Position numbers and translations under genes: made by a program
Notes under the pieces: model-generated
What the model was told of the DNA's origin: nothing
The model's database searches: none
Seen by the model: only the letters and a program-made list of their open reading frames with translations
From: Octopus vulgaris
Lineage: Eukaryota
NCBI GenBank assembly: GCA_951406725.2
Contig: OX597831.1
Span: forward strand, 47,306,001-47,370,000
Direction: 5' to 3'
DNA length: 64,000 nt
Shown here: positions 51,951 to 64,000 of the stretch, piece by piece
Position numbering within the stretch: position 1 is the stretch's first letter
Layout of the letters: the number at the start of each line of letters is the position of its first letter

Positions 51951-53149
51951 TGCATCGTCAATAGAATAATTAGATCTGATCACGTAATTGTCTCGTTTCG
52001 ATCTCTTTTATTCATATCAAAAATGAAAAGAAAATCAACAACACACATGTAACCTTTAATATTATAAGAAGATACTGATATATATATATATATATATATA
52101 TGTATATTGCAGGCACCATTTAATTAAGTGGCTTGTTTTAAATGAAATATAGATGTCTGTTTAATTGCATAGAAACACATGGATATACGTGCATTGAAAA
52201 TAAGCGGTACTTAGGAAAGCAAATGAAAATTTTAATGAATAACAACTTTCTGGTATTGAATTGTTATGCCTTGCTATTTATGTCTATGACGGACACCAAA
52301 CTCTGCTGCCACGCCTTCTCTGTTTACTGTCGCTTATTACCGAACTCATTGAGTACGTGTGATTTTGTTACTATATATATATATATTTATATATACATAT
52401 ATATAAGTGTGTGTGTGGGTGTACCTGTACGTAAGTGTGTACCTGTGTGTGTCTTAGAGACATCTTTCGTCACTAATAACAAGGCTTGTGGGAGTGAGAT
52501 CGCCGAGTTAAGCGATAACGTCGTCAAACTACACGGTTGCGTAAGGCCGTATGATTACTTGTTTTATAAACCCACCTGACCATTCTGTTGATGCAATAGT
52601 AATTGACTACACGGGGTCGCAACTACAAATACAGCTTTGTCTGGTATTAGGGACTCAAGTTTGTACCCGAATTACCCTTGAAAACTCACTATGTACTTGA
52701 GGGCAAGTCTGTTGGTTAGTGTGTTTCCTATTTCGTATATTAATATACTGTTTCCGGCATTATCTTGTTTTTTATGATATATTTCTTTACTTTGTTTTAG
52801 GTTTTCATTCTGTTTGCGTTCTATGATGACATACTGTGTCGTACAATATTATTTGATAATACAATGTTGTTATGCGATGTTATGCCGTGGCGTAATGTTG
52901 TAGGTGTATTTAGCCCCGAGTCGGTATTGACCGAGCAAGACCTGTGATCAAAGACGCCTCGGGTGTAACCATCCTGTATTTTTATACATCAAGAACCATA
53001 TTATTCAATGTACCCTTCTTTATTTAAAACAGTAAGGTGTACATCGAAAGAGGTTTGGCTACTATTTTTTGTAGGTTGAGTGACTGCGTAGAAGCACTAG
53101 CGTTTGGTTTTTCAGACAATGGTATTGTAAAATATATATATACAAAAAA

Positions 53150-53760
53150 TTGACTGTGTTGCCTGAATGTCAGAATGTATCGTGTTACCTGAATGTCATA
53201 CTGTACTGTCTGAATGTCATACTGAACTGTGTTATAGTATTATGTCATACTCTCTGTGTTATAATGATATACTATACTTTGTGCTATATGATGTCATACA
53301 GTCTGTGTTACCTGTATGTAATACTGTACTGTGTTGTGTTATATGGTGTCATAACTGTACTGTGATCCCTGGATGTAATACTGTGCTATGTTGTGTTATA
53401 TGATCACTTACTGTACTGTGTTGCCTGAATGTTGTACAGTGTGTTGTCTAAATCCTATACTCTATTGTTATATGGTGTCATACAGTAGTGCTGTGTTGTC
53501 TAAATCCCATACTCTAATGTTATATGGTGTCATACTGTAGTACTGAAGTACTGTGTTTTCTGAATGTTGTGTAGTTTAATGTCATACTGCATTGTGTTAG
53601 CTAAATAACATATGTACTAAGTTACTGAATGTCGTAGTGTACTATGTTATCAAAATATAAAACCAAATTTTGTTGAGTGAATGCCATACCAAACAGTGTG
53701 GTCCAACTGTCATACCATACTGTGTTATCTGAATATCATACTGTATTGTTTTGTCTATAC
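53150..53760. repeat. Degenerate minisatellite (~21-31-bp units, core TGTCATACTGTACTGTGTT..CTGAA)
   Basis: Repeated TGTCATAC and CTGTGTT motifs throughout. Confidence 0.8.
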
Positions 53761-55451
53761 TGTGATTTATGTATTGTTTTGTCATATAGTATGATATCTA
53801 TTTGTACTAAGATGTTTGTTGTTGGACTTTGTTGTCAGAACATCTTATTGTGCCACATGTAAATGTTATATGGTACTGCATTACCTGATTATCATGTTTT
53901 GCTATGTTGTGTGAATGTTGTCTGTACTCATCATCCTTGTCATTTAATATTCACTTTTCCATGCTTGCATGAGTCAGATGGAATTTGTCAAGATAAACTT
54001 TCTATGGCTGGATACCTTTCCTCTCACCATCCCTCACCTGTTTCCAAGCGAGGTAATATTTGCACATAGTCAAACACGTTTTTCACAGAAGACTCATTTA
54101 CAACCATCACATGATGTCTAGACAAGAGTACATACACACATACACAGATATACAGATCTCTCTTACTGAGGTAGACATGTACCTTTTTTTACTGCAAGAC
54201 CTCTATTTCTTATTTCTTTATTGCCCACAAGGGGCTAAACATAGAGGGGACAGACAAAGGGATTAAGTCAATTACATTGACCCCAGTGCGCAACTGGTAC
54301 TTATTTAATCAACCCCGAAAGGATGAAAGGCAAAGTCGACCTCGGTGGAATTTGAACTCAGAACGTAACGGTAGACGAAATACCTATTTCTTTACTACCC
54401 ACATGGGGCTAAACACAGAAAGGACAAACAAGGACAGACAAACGGATTAAGTCGATTATATCGACCCCAGTGCGTAACTGGTACTTATTTAATCGACCCC
54501 GAAAGGATGAAAAGCAAAGTGGACCTCGGCGGAATTTGAACTTAGAATGTAGTGGCAGACAAAATACCTTTAAGCATTTCGCCTGGTGTGCTAATATTTC
54601 TGCCAGTTTACCGCCTTATTCTTGCAGTTCACCTGCAAGACCTCTATTTCTGCCCCACTACTCATACTCTAGCCTCTCATCTGGCACAAATCCACCTTCC
54701 TCAATATTATCCCCGCCACCCAGTTAAAGGGTCTTGTCTTGTAAATTATTTGGTGACCTCCCTGCTACTGGTGCCATGTAAAAGGCACCCAGTACACTCT
54801 CTAAAGTGGTTAGCATTAGGAAGGGCATACAAGTATAGAAACCATACCAAAACAGACAGTGGAACTTGACACAGTGATCTGACTTGCCAACTCCTGTCAA
54901 ACCATCCAACTCATGCTAGCATGGAGAATGGATGTTAAATGATGATAGTGATATATGTTGAGTTTCTTTCAGTTTCTAGCTATCACGTCCACTCACAGGG
55001 CTGTGGTTGGCCCTGGGCTATTGTAGAAGGCATTTGCCCAGGGTGCCATATAATGGAACTGAACCCAGGATCACATGGTTACCTGAGCCTATTGTGTTGT
55101 GTAAATATCATATATTGTCAAAATGCATCATCCAATATCCTGTTGCTTGCTGTCATATTTTAATAATCCATGATACTGAAGTTATAAGTTCTAGCTGTAA
55201 AACCAAATACCATTCAATTTAAAATAGAGCCACTTAAGCTAAGTAGATAAGGAAAATAATTATATGTGTGTGTCTGTGTGATTGTGTATATACACGATCA
55301 TCATTCTTTATCATCTAATGTCCACTTTTCTGTGTTTGCATGGGTCAGACGGAATTTTCTGAGGCATATTTTTCTATGGCCAAATGCCCTTCATGTTACC
55401 AACTCTCATTTGTTTCCAAGCAAGGTAATATTTCACCATAACCAGACATGT

Positions 55452-55719
55452 ACATTATTTACAATTGATGGATATTTGTCCTCATCTTGTTTGTTGTTGA
55501 CACAACGTTTTGGCTGATATACCCTCCAGCCTTCGTCAGGTGTCTTGGGGAAATTTTCGAACCTGGTTTCTCATTCCTAAGGTATTTCCCCAAGACACCT
55601 GATGGAGGCTGGAGGGTATATCAGCCGAAACGTTGTGTTAACAACAAACAAGATGAGGACGAATATCCGTCAATTGTAAATAATGTCCATAATACCTCAT
55701 CTCTTAAATATAGAACTGT
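55452..55719. mobile_element. Penelope-type inverted pLTR pair, each arm with a hammerhead motif
   Basis: 103-bp arms 55452-55554 and 55584-55686; duplication ATAACCA(G/A)ACATGT at 55438-55451 and 55720-55733; cores at 55544-55499 (-) and 55594-55639 (+). Confidence 0.8.
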
Positions 55720-56817
55720 ATAACCAAACATGTTTTTCATACAAGACTAGAAACAAGCAGCATTATTTGTATGATAGTGATGCTCATCTACAGCCATTGC
55801 ATGATGTCAGGGCAAGAGTGCACAAACACATATGTAGGGTCCTTTCAGTTTCTAGCTACTAAACCCACTCACATGACTTAGGTCAGCTTGTAACTATAGA
55901 AAAAGACACTTGTCCCAGCTGACATGGGATGTACATCTTAGTCTTAATAATAACTTAATTCCTTTTGAATGCTACTGTTAAAATAGAATTAAAAAATGGA
56001 TGTAGAAATAATAGAAAATTGATATGATGGAAAATAAAAAGCAAAAATGAAAAATGTATTACTAGAGAGCAAGCTAAAGTGGAGAGAATGGAATGGGAAT
56101 GATTATTAAACTTGGAATGCAGTTAATAAAAGTTGGTATAGGGGTCCAATATGCATACATGTTTATGTGGGTGTGTGTGTGTGTGTATACACACCAGTCA
56201 TGTACATTAAGCTGATGTAGAAAGTGGGAAGAAACTGCTCTTGAATGTGGGAAGGTAGGGTGTGTTTTATGGTCTACCTTGTCTGACAATTTTGTTAAGG
56301 TCTAGTTACATAATAAATGCTTACCAAAATGTCTGCATTTTGCAAACATCTCAGACTTAGTAAAATTGTGTTCAGTATCATGCAGGTTTTTAAGGATTCA
56401 AAGAACATATTTTTTTAATTTCTGTTCTTATAATGTCTTGACTTTTTCGCTTATGTTTGGAAGCCCTTTGTTTTACTTGACAGATATAACTGGATAATTT
56501 CTTTCTCATTTTTCCTTTCAGTGTTTTTAAAAGAAAACTTATGATTGTAATATATTTGTTTAAACCTTCCCTCAGTCATGTCTGTAGTGTTTATGTGCAC
56601 CATTGAGGTGGATTGGTTTGGTAAAGATAACCTTCACTTCATATATACTGGCTTCAGTTTCATAAGTCATATTGAATGGGTATATGTTGGTGGTCTTCCA
56701 TGTACAGCTGGCGATATTTTTTTTTCATATGGGTGATATTTGATATGATGGTTTTTATGTTAGCTGTGCAACTGCAACTAAAGATTATGTCACTTGAATA
56801 ATTGTTTATATTAATAG

Positions 56818-57043
56818 TTAACCCTTTTGAGACATGGTGTTTTGGTATGTATAGCCAAAATCACCCACATTTTCTCTCTATTGAGATACATCTATTGAAA
56901 GAGGATCTCTGATTTTAGCTATTACACTTCAAAACCAACCATTCACAGCATTTGTTCCATCAGGCCAATGGATTGCTCCCAAAGTCCTTTCAGTTTGTAT
57001 CACTTGGGCCGATCAATCAACCTGGGTGACTCAAGAGGGTTAA
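56818..57043. mobile_element. TTAA MITE family 3
   Basis: TTAACCCTTTTGAGAC / GACTCAAGAGGGTTAA; interior unrelated to families 1 and 2. Confidence 0.7.
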
Positions 57044-57856
57044 TGAGGAAATGCAAACAATTAAAGCAAGAAATTTCTTGGCAATGCAAAACATGCTTTA
57101 TATATGTGTGTGAGAGTATGTGTTTTATTCACACTTAATAAGAATTTTAATTAGAATATTCCATTGATATATTACTTATTGTACAACTCACACTTACTTG
57201 GTTCATCAGGCTATTAAGAGGTACCAAGTGTTGGGACAACTTGTTGCTTTATGTAACTGGTAAATATTTTGTTGTTTTGTAGTGCTGTGTTTGAATCCTG
57301 TTTGATGTTTTCTAAGAAAGTGCAAGACTCCACCAGGCTAAATGCTTTCTTACTCACCACTTAAAAGTACCCCAGTGACTTAGTAGATTATGTAACTTAT
57401 CATTATCGTGTATACTATTATGTGTATAAATGCAAGTAGGTTTTAGTGTTATTTAGTCACAGGCTGTTTCCTGGACAAAAGGGTCCATGACTGAAATCAT
57501 TCTAACCTTGACCATTTCATTTTCTGTTTTCCAACATATCTTTTTTTATACAGAACATTTATTTGTTATCTCCAGCAGATCCTATGACCACATGGTGGTT
57601 CCCTTGTTGACTCATAGCATTAGTACCTACTTAAGTATTACTTAAAAAATCATACTAGGTTATTGCTGTTAGCATTGTTTCAAATGTACATCTAGATCAA
57701 GATCTTCTGCTTAAACTGTCCATCATATTGAAATAAAGAGTAACAAGATGTGGCTGTACGTAGATGAAATGGATTTGCTTATGTATATTTCATTTGTGGG
57801 TCTGTGTATATGTTAATAGTGTTGTAGTTGTTTGTTTGGTCCTAGATCAGGCCAGA

Positions 57857-58523
57857 TGTAGCAGACCTATGATGAATGGAATTCTAGTCGTGACTATCTC
57901 ATATTTCATTGAAACATAGGGTTTCTAAAATTACATTATTTGGCTGCTGTGTCTAGTAGGTCGAATGACCTATTATCATGTGGCTAAAAATGTTATTCAT
58001 GACCATGTGGCTTCTGCTTTGGTGCTTTACACTGCACTTTGTGCAAGTGTCCAGCTATTACCTTGAGAGCTGAAGTTGGTAGACAGAAACTATGTCAAAA
58101 ATTGTTATATGTATGTGTGTGTGTGCATACATGCACACACGCATGCGTGCACACACACACACACACGTAACAATCTTCCAAAAAATTTGCTCTCTGCCAG
58201 CATCACCTCAATAGGCAAACAATTGTGATGTTGAACCTCCTTGTTATAAACAGATAGCATATAAACAGATATATATATAGTTTCAAAAGTTAAACATATA
58301 TATATATGTATGTGTGTGTGTGTGTAGCAGACCTATGATGAATGGTATTCCAGTCATAACCATCTCATATTTCATTAAGACATAGGGTTTCTAAAATTAC
58401 ATTATTTGGCTGCTATGTCTAGTAGGTCGAATGACCTATTATCATATGGCTAAGAATGTTATTCATGACCATGTGACTTCTGCTTTGGTGCTTTGCACTG
58501 CACTTTGTGCAAGTGTCTGGCTA
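57857..58523 (+). repeat. ~200-bp local direct duplication (57857-58057, 58323-58523)
   Basis: Constant offset of 466 bp, high identity with scattered substitutions. Confidence 0.9.
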
Positions 58524-58647
58524 AACACTTAACTAGTAAACAAAATAAATATAAACAAGAAATTGATATTGATAAAAAAGCATAAGATTACTTTATATCA
58601 AAATAATAATAGATAAACCAATTCTATGTTATCTCACAAACCCAAGA

Positions 58648-59020
58648 AAAACACGAGTACTCAGAAAGCAGCGCAAACCTCCGCCAAGGTAACACCAATG
58701 TCTCTCAAAGATTAGCCAGGGATGATTTTTAAAATGAGAATATCTAAAACAAGCTTGACTGCTCTCACAAATGAGAATACTAAAAAAGAACCCAACCACT
58801 CTCAAAAATGAAGTAAAAAAAAAGGAAAAATAATCACAAATCCTTGTCTGGTACCAGATTGATCCCAAAATTCTAATCAGTTCGTGCCAGTCACAAGGCC
58901 AAACATCCCTGAAAGTTTCATCTGATTCCATCCAGTGGTTCTTGAGATATCTTGTCCACAGACAAATAAACAAACAATGCCTGAAAACAATACTTCTGCC
59001 TTCGAAGGCGGAGGTAATAA
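58648..59020. mobile_element. Non-autonomous DNA element with asymmetric subterminal inverted repeats
   Basis: ACCTCCGCC near 58678 / GGCGGAGGT near 59007-59015 plus palindrome CTTCTGCCTTCGAAGGCGGAGG; superfamily not determined. Confidence 0.55.
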
Positions 59021-59159
59021 AAAATAACCAATTTACAATTGTAATGATCACTACAATGATAACAACATAATTCATAAAAATTGTGTACATGCTCATTCCA
59101 TTAGCTATAAAAAATCTAAAACAGATTATAGTGTACCTATAAATATAAATCACCCTGAT

Positions 59160-60190
59160 AAATCTAATAAAATATAGTTTATTATTCCCTATGCTATACA
59201 AATTAAAACTAATATAATTAAATCTATATTCAAAGCCATCCATAAACACTAACAGTGATAATAGATACAATGAAATAATTAACCATAAAACTATTAATAT
59301 TGGTTTTAGCCTAGCATCTAACTTATTTACTGTTATATCATGTCAACAATAAGAAATTAAATAAATTCTACAATCATAGAAATGTTAATAATAATAAATA
59401 AGGCGGCGAGCTGGCAGAAATGTTAGCATGCCAGACAAAATGCTTAGTGGTATTTTGTCTGTCTTTATGTTCTGAGTTCAAATTTCACCGAGGTCAACTT
59501 TGCCTTTCATCCTTTCGGGGTCTATAAATTAATTACCAGTTGCATACTGGGGTTGATCTCCCCAAAAATTTCGGTCCTTGTGCCTAGAGTAGAAAAGAAT
59601 AATAATAATCCTAATAACACCCTTGAACTTAAAATACATGTTCCAAATTCTAATAACTCAAATAATTGCTTACATATATATCCCAATAATAGAACCTTAA
59701 CAACTAATACTAACACTACTAATATATATTCCTCATCTAATACAGCCACATATAACAACATTTATGAAAATTGTGATTGTAGAGTTAAAAATTGTAAGTT
59801 TAAGAATTCATGTAAAAGAAAAAGTGTTGTATATCAATGGACTGTTATAAGTAGGAAAAAATATATTTTTATATTGGCTCAACAGAAAATACTATTAAGA
59901 CTAGAGTGGCAAATCATTTCGAAACTTTTAAGAATAGAAAGAAAGCTAATTCCACTGGATTAAGTAAATTTACATGGGAATTAAAAGATAATAATATTAA
60001 ATTTGATATTAAATGGGACATCATTACTTCTGCACTGGCTTACAAAGTCAATAATTAAAAATGTTTTCTTTGTATAACTGAGGCTATTTTTTTTATTATT
60101 TCATCTAAGAATACCCTACTTAATCTAAGAAATGAGAAAAGTATTTCCTGTATTCATGCGGGAAAATATGTATTTTCCAAATTTAAATAA
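59160..60190 (+). pseudogene. Penelope-like retroelement relic (RT thumb, Cys motif, GIY-YIG endonuclease)
   Basis: I*FIIPYAIQIKTNI..; CDCRVKNC..C..KSVVYQ; after a frameshift YIGSTENTIKTRVANH..LSKFTWELK..IKWDI..CFLCITE..LLNLRNE..CIH; stops, frameshifts and a SINE insertion at 59400-59600. Confidence 0.85.
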
Positions 60191-60336
60191 TTGTTTTATT
60201 ATCTCTCTCACTGGAATACCTGTATGTTCACTTTGAATCCCTAGCGCCACAATATAAATTACCTCTCCTATAATCACTACCTAATTAAACCACCTTTAAT
60301 ATTAATTTCTTCTTCTATTACATATCTATTACACCA

Positions 60337-61156
60337 GTGCAGCTTTATCCTTCGATAATGACAAGTCTCTAACTAAATCATTTAACTCTCCTTGAGAAAA
60401 TTTCTGTGGTACATCTTTTCAATCATGATTTCACGATTAAAATCGTGAAATCTGCACCCACTTCAGTATCTTCGACAGCAGTAATATTTTCTTCAGGAAA
60501 TACATCTTTGTCAGACATCTGAAGGCCATTTTCTGGTGGTATTGGAATAAAAAGATCATCATCGTTGTGTGGTACTGGTCTTCTTGCTGATTCCAAGTTG
60601 GGATACACAATCTTATGCTTGGTCTTTACAATAAACCCACATACATTATTAACATTGCAGAAATAACAGTCCATGAAATGATCCTTTGGCTCTCCCCATA
60701 TAAGTATTGCAAATGGCATTGCTCTCTTCCCCTAATTGAGTCAATCCCTTAGTCCATTTGAACAAGCTGAGCAGATGATGTGCGGGTCCCAACTCTTATC
60801 TTGATCCCCAGGAGAGCAGCCAAAGTATAACTGGTAGATCTTGCAATGGCACATTGCTGAGTTTTGGTGGTAAATGATTTCACTTGTAATGGCACGTTGC
60901 TGAGTTTTGGTGGTAAATGAACCACAGACATGACAAAATATATCAGGACTATTCTTGCAATGCCTTGACATAGAATTTACCTGTATAAGATGTTTACGTG
61001 TAGCAATACTGCTGATGGGAGTTATATACCTCTCTTATTTCATCAGAAAAACTGTGCCTGATAGAAGGAAACTGATGACATTTTTAAAACCTGCAGACAA
61101 AACTACATATAAAACACCATATAATATCCCTGATGAAAATTGGCTGTTGACCTTTG
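60337..61156 (-). pseudogene. Truncated DNA transposon, Chapaev3/CMC-like transposase N-terminus
   Basis: MSRHCKNSPDIFCHVCG..YFGC..GDQDKSWDPHIICSAC..MPFA..W.EPKDH..DCYFC..YPNLESARRPVPH..FSQGELNDLVRDLSLSK; stops; 43-bp internal duplication; TIR-like end near 61156. Confidence 0.75.
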
Positions 61157-61902
61157 TAATTAATCATAGTCATGGCCGATGCCAGTGCCATCTGACTGGC
61201 ACATAAAAACAACTGTTTGAGCGTTGGACCTCATGGAGGCAGTGACAGGTAACTGAGACCTTTGGCGATATACCATGCTTGTATAGACCTGTGAAGCAAA
61301 GTGAGATCATAGTCGTGGCTGGTGTCATGTCAGTGGCACATAAAAAGCATCCACTATACTCTTGGAGTGGTTGGCGTTAGGAAGGGCATCCAACTGTAGA
61401 AATCTTGCCAAATCAGATTGGAACCTGGTGCAGCTCTCTGGCTTACCAGTTTTCAGTCGAACTGTCCAACTCATGCCAGTAGGGAAAGCGGACGTTAAAT
61501 GATGATGAACTGAGTAGTCTGGCAAAAGTGACCGAAAGAATAAATACCAAACTGGAAAAAAATATAACTACTGGGTTTGTTTTGTTCAACTAAAACTTTT
61601 AAGGTGGTGCCCCAGCATGGTTGCAGCCCAGTGAGTGAAGCAAGTAATGGGTAAAATATGGATATATGTTAAACAGGTATAAATGACTGTATCAGATTGA
61701 ATCAGAACAACATAGGTAAGAAATGTGTGTGTAATGATAGCGATATACTCACCATTATGGATATCCAGAAGAAAGAGGCATGAAAATGTTCATAAGAAGT
61801 TGTTGAATGACAAAAATTGTTACAGTAGAGAGGGACTATTCTAGGTAAAGTCAACACAAAGAGCAGCTATTAAAACTGACGACCTTATTGTTGAAATGAA
61901 CA

Positions 61903-62468
61903 TTAACCTTTTTGTTACCAACCCAGCTGAAAACAGATCTGGATCTGAGTACAAATGTCTTATTTTCATAAGTTTTGAAAATTAAAATCTTCCACCAAAC
62001 CTGAGTCACAATTTATGTTCCTAACACTAGCTTAATGATAACTAAGTTATTTTGCTAAATTCTTTGTTATATTTAAATTAATTGAAAGATATACAGAGCA
62101 CCTTAACAGAAATACAGTAATGAAAGTGTTAAACTTTTTACAGTTAAACTAGCCATATCCATCCCAAATATTTGACCTGTTTTATGTTCAAACTGGCCAG
62201 ATCTGACCTTTGACTCCTACCCTATAAAATGCTCATTGAAATTGAGTAGCATCCTGTTTGCCGGGTGGCTGGGTAATTTCAGTCATTTATATGCCATGGA
62301 AAGTAGGTTAAGCTCTGGCCTTATGAATCCTGGGGCTCATAACACAACTATCCCTGCCAAAATGCACATTGAAATCGCACAACTATGAGATAATGTATGA
62401 TCAATTCAAAGCAGTGTGAATAAATAAACATTACATTTGACAGAATAATCTGATTGCTAAAGGGTTAA
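61903..62468. mobile_element. Two adjacent TTAA MITEs (family 1, 61903-62132; family 2, 62129-62468) sharing one TTAA
   Basis: TTAA at 61903, 62129 and 62465; interiors match 5047-5274 and 12815-13312. Confidence 0.82.
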
Positions 62469-64000
62469 GAATATGCAGGCAGGGCAAACAGCTGAACCAT
62501 CAAGGATAGTTGCTTGGGATAAGTGTGTCATAAGATCCAGGATTCATAAGGCCAGAGCTTAACCCACTTTCCATGGCATGCAAATGACTGAAATTACAAC
62601 CCATCTTTCATCTCCCAAACAGGATGCTGGTCAATTATAAAATTGATTATGATTTTTTTAATACAATCAGAAGGTCATAAATTTGAGGAGAAAGTGCATA
62701 ATTAGATCAATTTCATCCTCCTTCATTATTCTATTGGTTCTGCTTTTGATTAATCTCCAAAGGATAAAAATGCAAAGTTGGTCCTGGTGGAATTTAAACT
62801 TTTAACATTAAAGATACACATCTAAGCACTGCAAAGCATTTTATCTGTTATTTTACTGATTCTGCCAATTCAATCCTTAATAGCAATAGTAGTAATGATG
62901 ATGATGGTGGTGATGGTGATGGTGGTGGTGATGATAACTGTTGGGACCACATTTTATGAATTTTCTTATTTATATTTGAATGTACAAATTTATACATCCT
63001 CTTAACATCATTTCATTATTACATTAAAGATTTTTTAGACATAACTGAAGTTGTTTAAAGTGTATCACCCAAATGCACAAGTTCCATTAAAGCAGGTTAA
63101 TATTACAGATATTAATAAGGTGGCAAGCTGGCAAAATTGCTATTGTATCAGGTTGAATGCCTAGCAGCGTTTTGTCCATTATTATGTTCTGAGTTCAAAT
63201 TCCGCCAAGGTTGACTTTGCCTTTCATCCTTTCAGGGTTGATAAAATAAGTACCAGCTGCATACTAGGGTCAATGTAATCAACTTATTCCATCACCTGAA
63301 CTTGCTGGCCTTGTGCCAGAATTTGAAATCGACGCTACAGATGTTAACGCAGCATGCTAGCAGAACCGTTACTGTGCTGGGGAAAATGCTTAGTGGCATT
63401 TTGTCCATCATTACGTTTTGAGTTCAAGTTCTGCTGAGGTCGACTTCGCCTCTTATTCTTTCAAGGTCAATGAAATAAGTACCAGTTGTTCACTAGGGTT
63501 GATGTAATTGACTGCCTTCATTCCCCCGCAAACATTTTCCGGCTTTGTGCCCTATAGTAGAAAGGAATCTTATAGATGTTAAGAATCATGGTGCGATAGA
63601 CAGTAGAATGCCTTACTAAGCACTTTGTAGTGTTTAGTATTGAGGCTTAAGTTCCAACATTGTATCAGTTGATTTTGCCTTAAGGATCAATAAAATAAGT
63701 ACCACTCAAATACTGTGGGTGATTGAATTAGCTATACTTATCCTACCAAATTTTTTGGCAGCCTCATATCAATGCTAGAAACCATTATTACAAACATAGA
63801 TTTCATTAGTTGCAGTTTTGAGTTAAAAATCTCACCTTTGGCTGACAGTTTTGTGATTTGATTTGATTTGTCATTGTTGTTTAACCCTTGGCAGGCCTGA
63901 TGAAGTTAATCTATGATCAAAAATATTTTCTCTTTTTATTTGAGTATACTGTATTTTGGACTACGTTATCCAATGTATCTGTTTTATATGTAGTCAGATG

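Noticed and set aside
58629-59270. 213-aa minus-strand ORF
   Set aside because: Spans a DNA element and the antisense of the Penelope relic; low complexity.

Overview
AT-rich, microsatellite- and SINE-dense animal genomic DNA. The repeat repertoire looks like an octopus/coleoid cephalopod (inference). The only clear protein-coding gene is the 3' end of a FER/FES (Fps85D-like) tyrosine kinase on the + strand: five GT-AG exons with consistent phases (1484-14119, 251 codons including the stop). The rest is mostly transposable elements: several tRNA-derived SINE families, TTAA/piggyBac-type MITEs (one has spawned a 29-bp minisatellite), two non-autonomous Helitrons, foldback MITEs, and relics of CRE-like, CR1, R4/Dong, mariner, Chapaev3-like and Penelope (GIY-YIG) elements. 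The most interesting signal is a set of short non-coding mobile units carrying minimal hammerhead-ribozyme cores (38554-38588 intact; 55452-55686 as an inverted pair with a 14-bp target duplication; decayed copies at about 8.1 kb and 50.4 kb), with a Penelope-like endonuclease relic at 59-60 kb as a plausible partner class. A CpG-retaining promoter-like region at about 50.8-52 kb carries splice signals on both strands. There are no prokaryotic systems or CRISPR arrays, and most listed ORFs are repeat artefacts.
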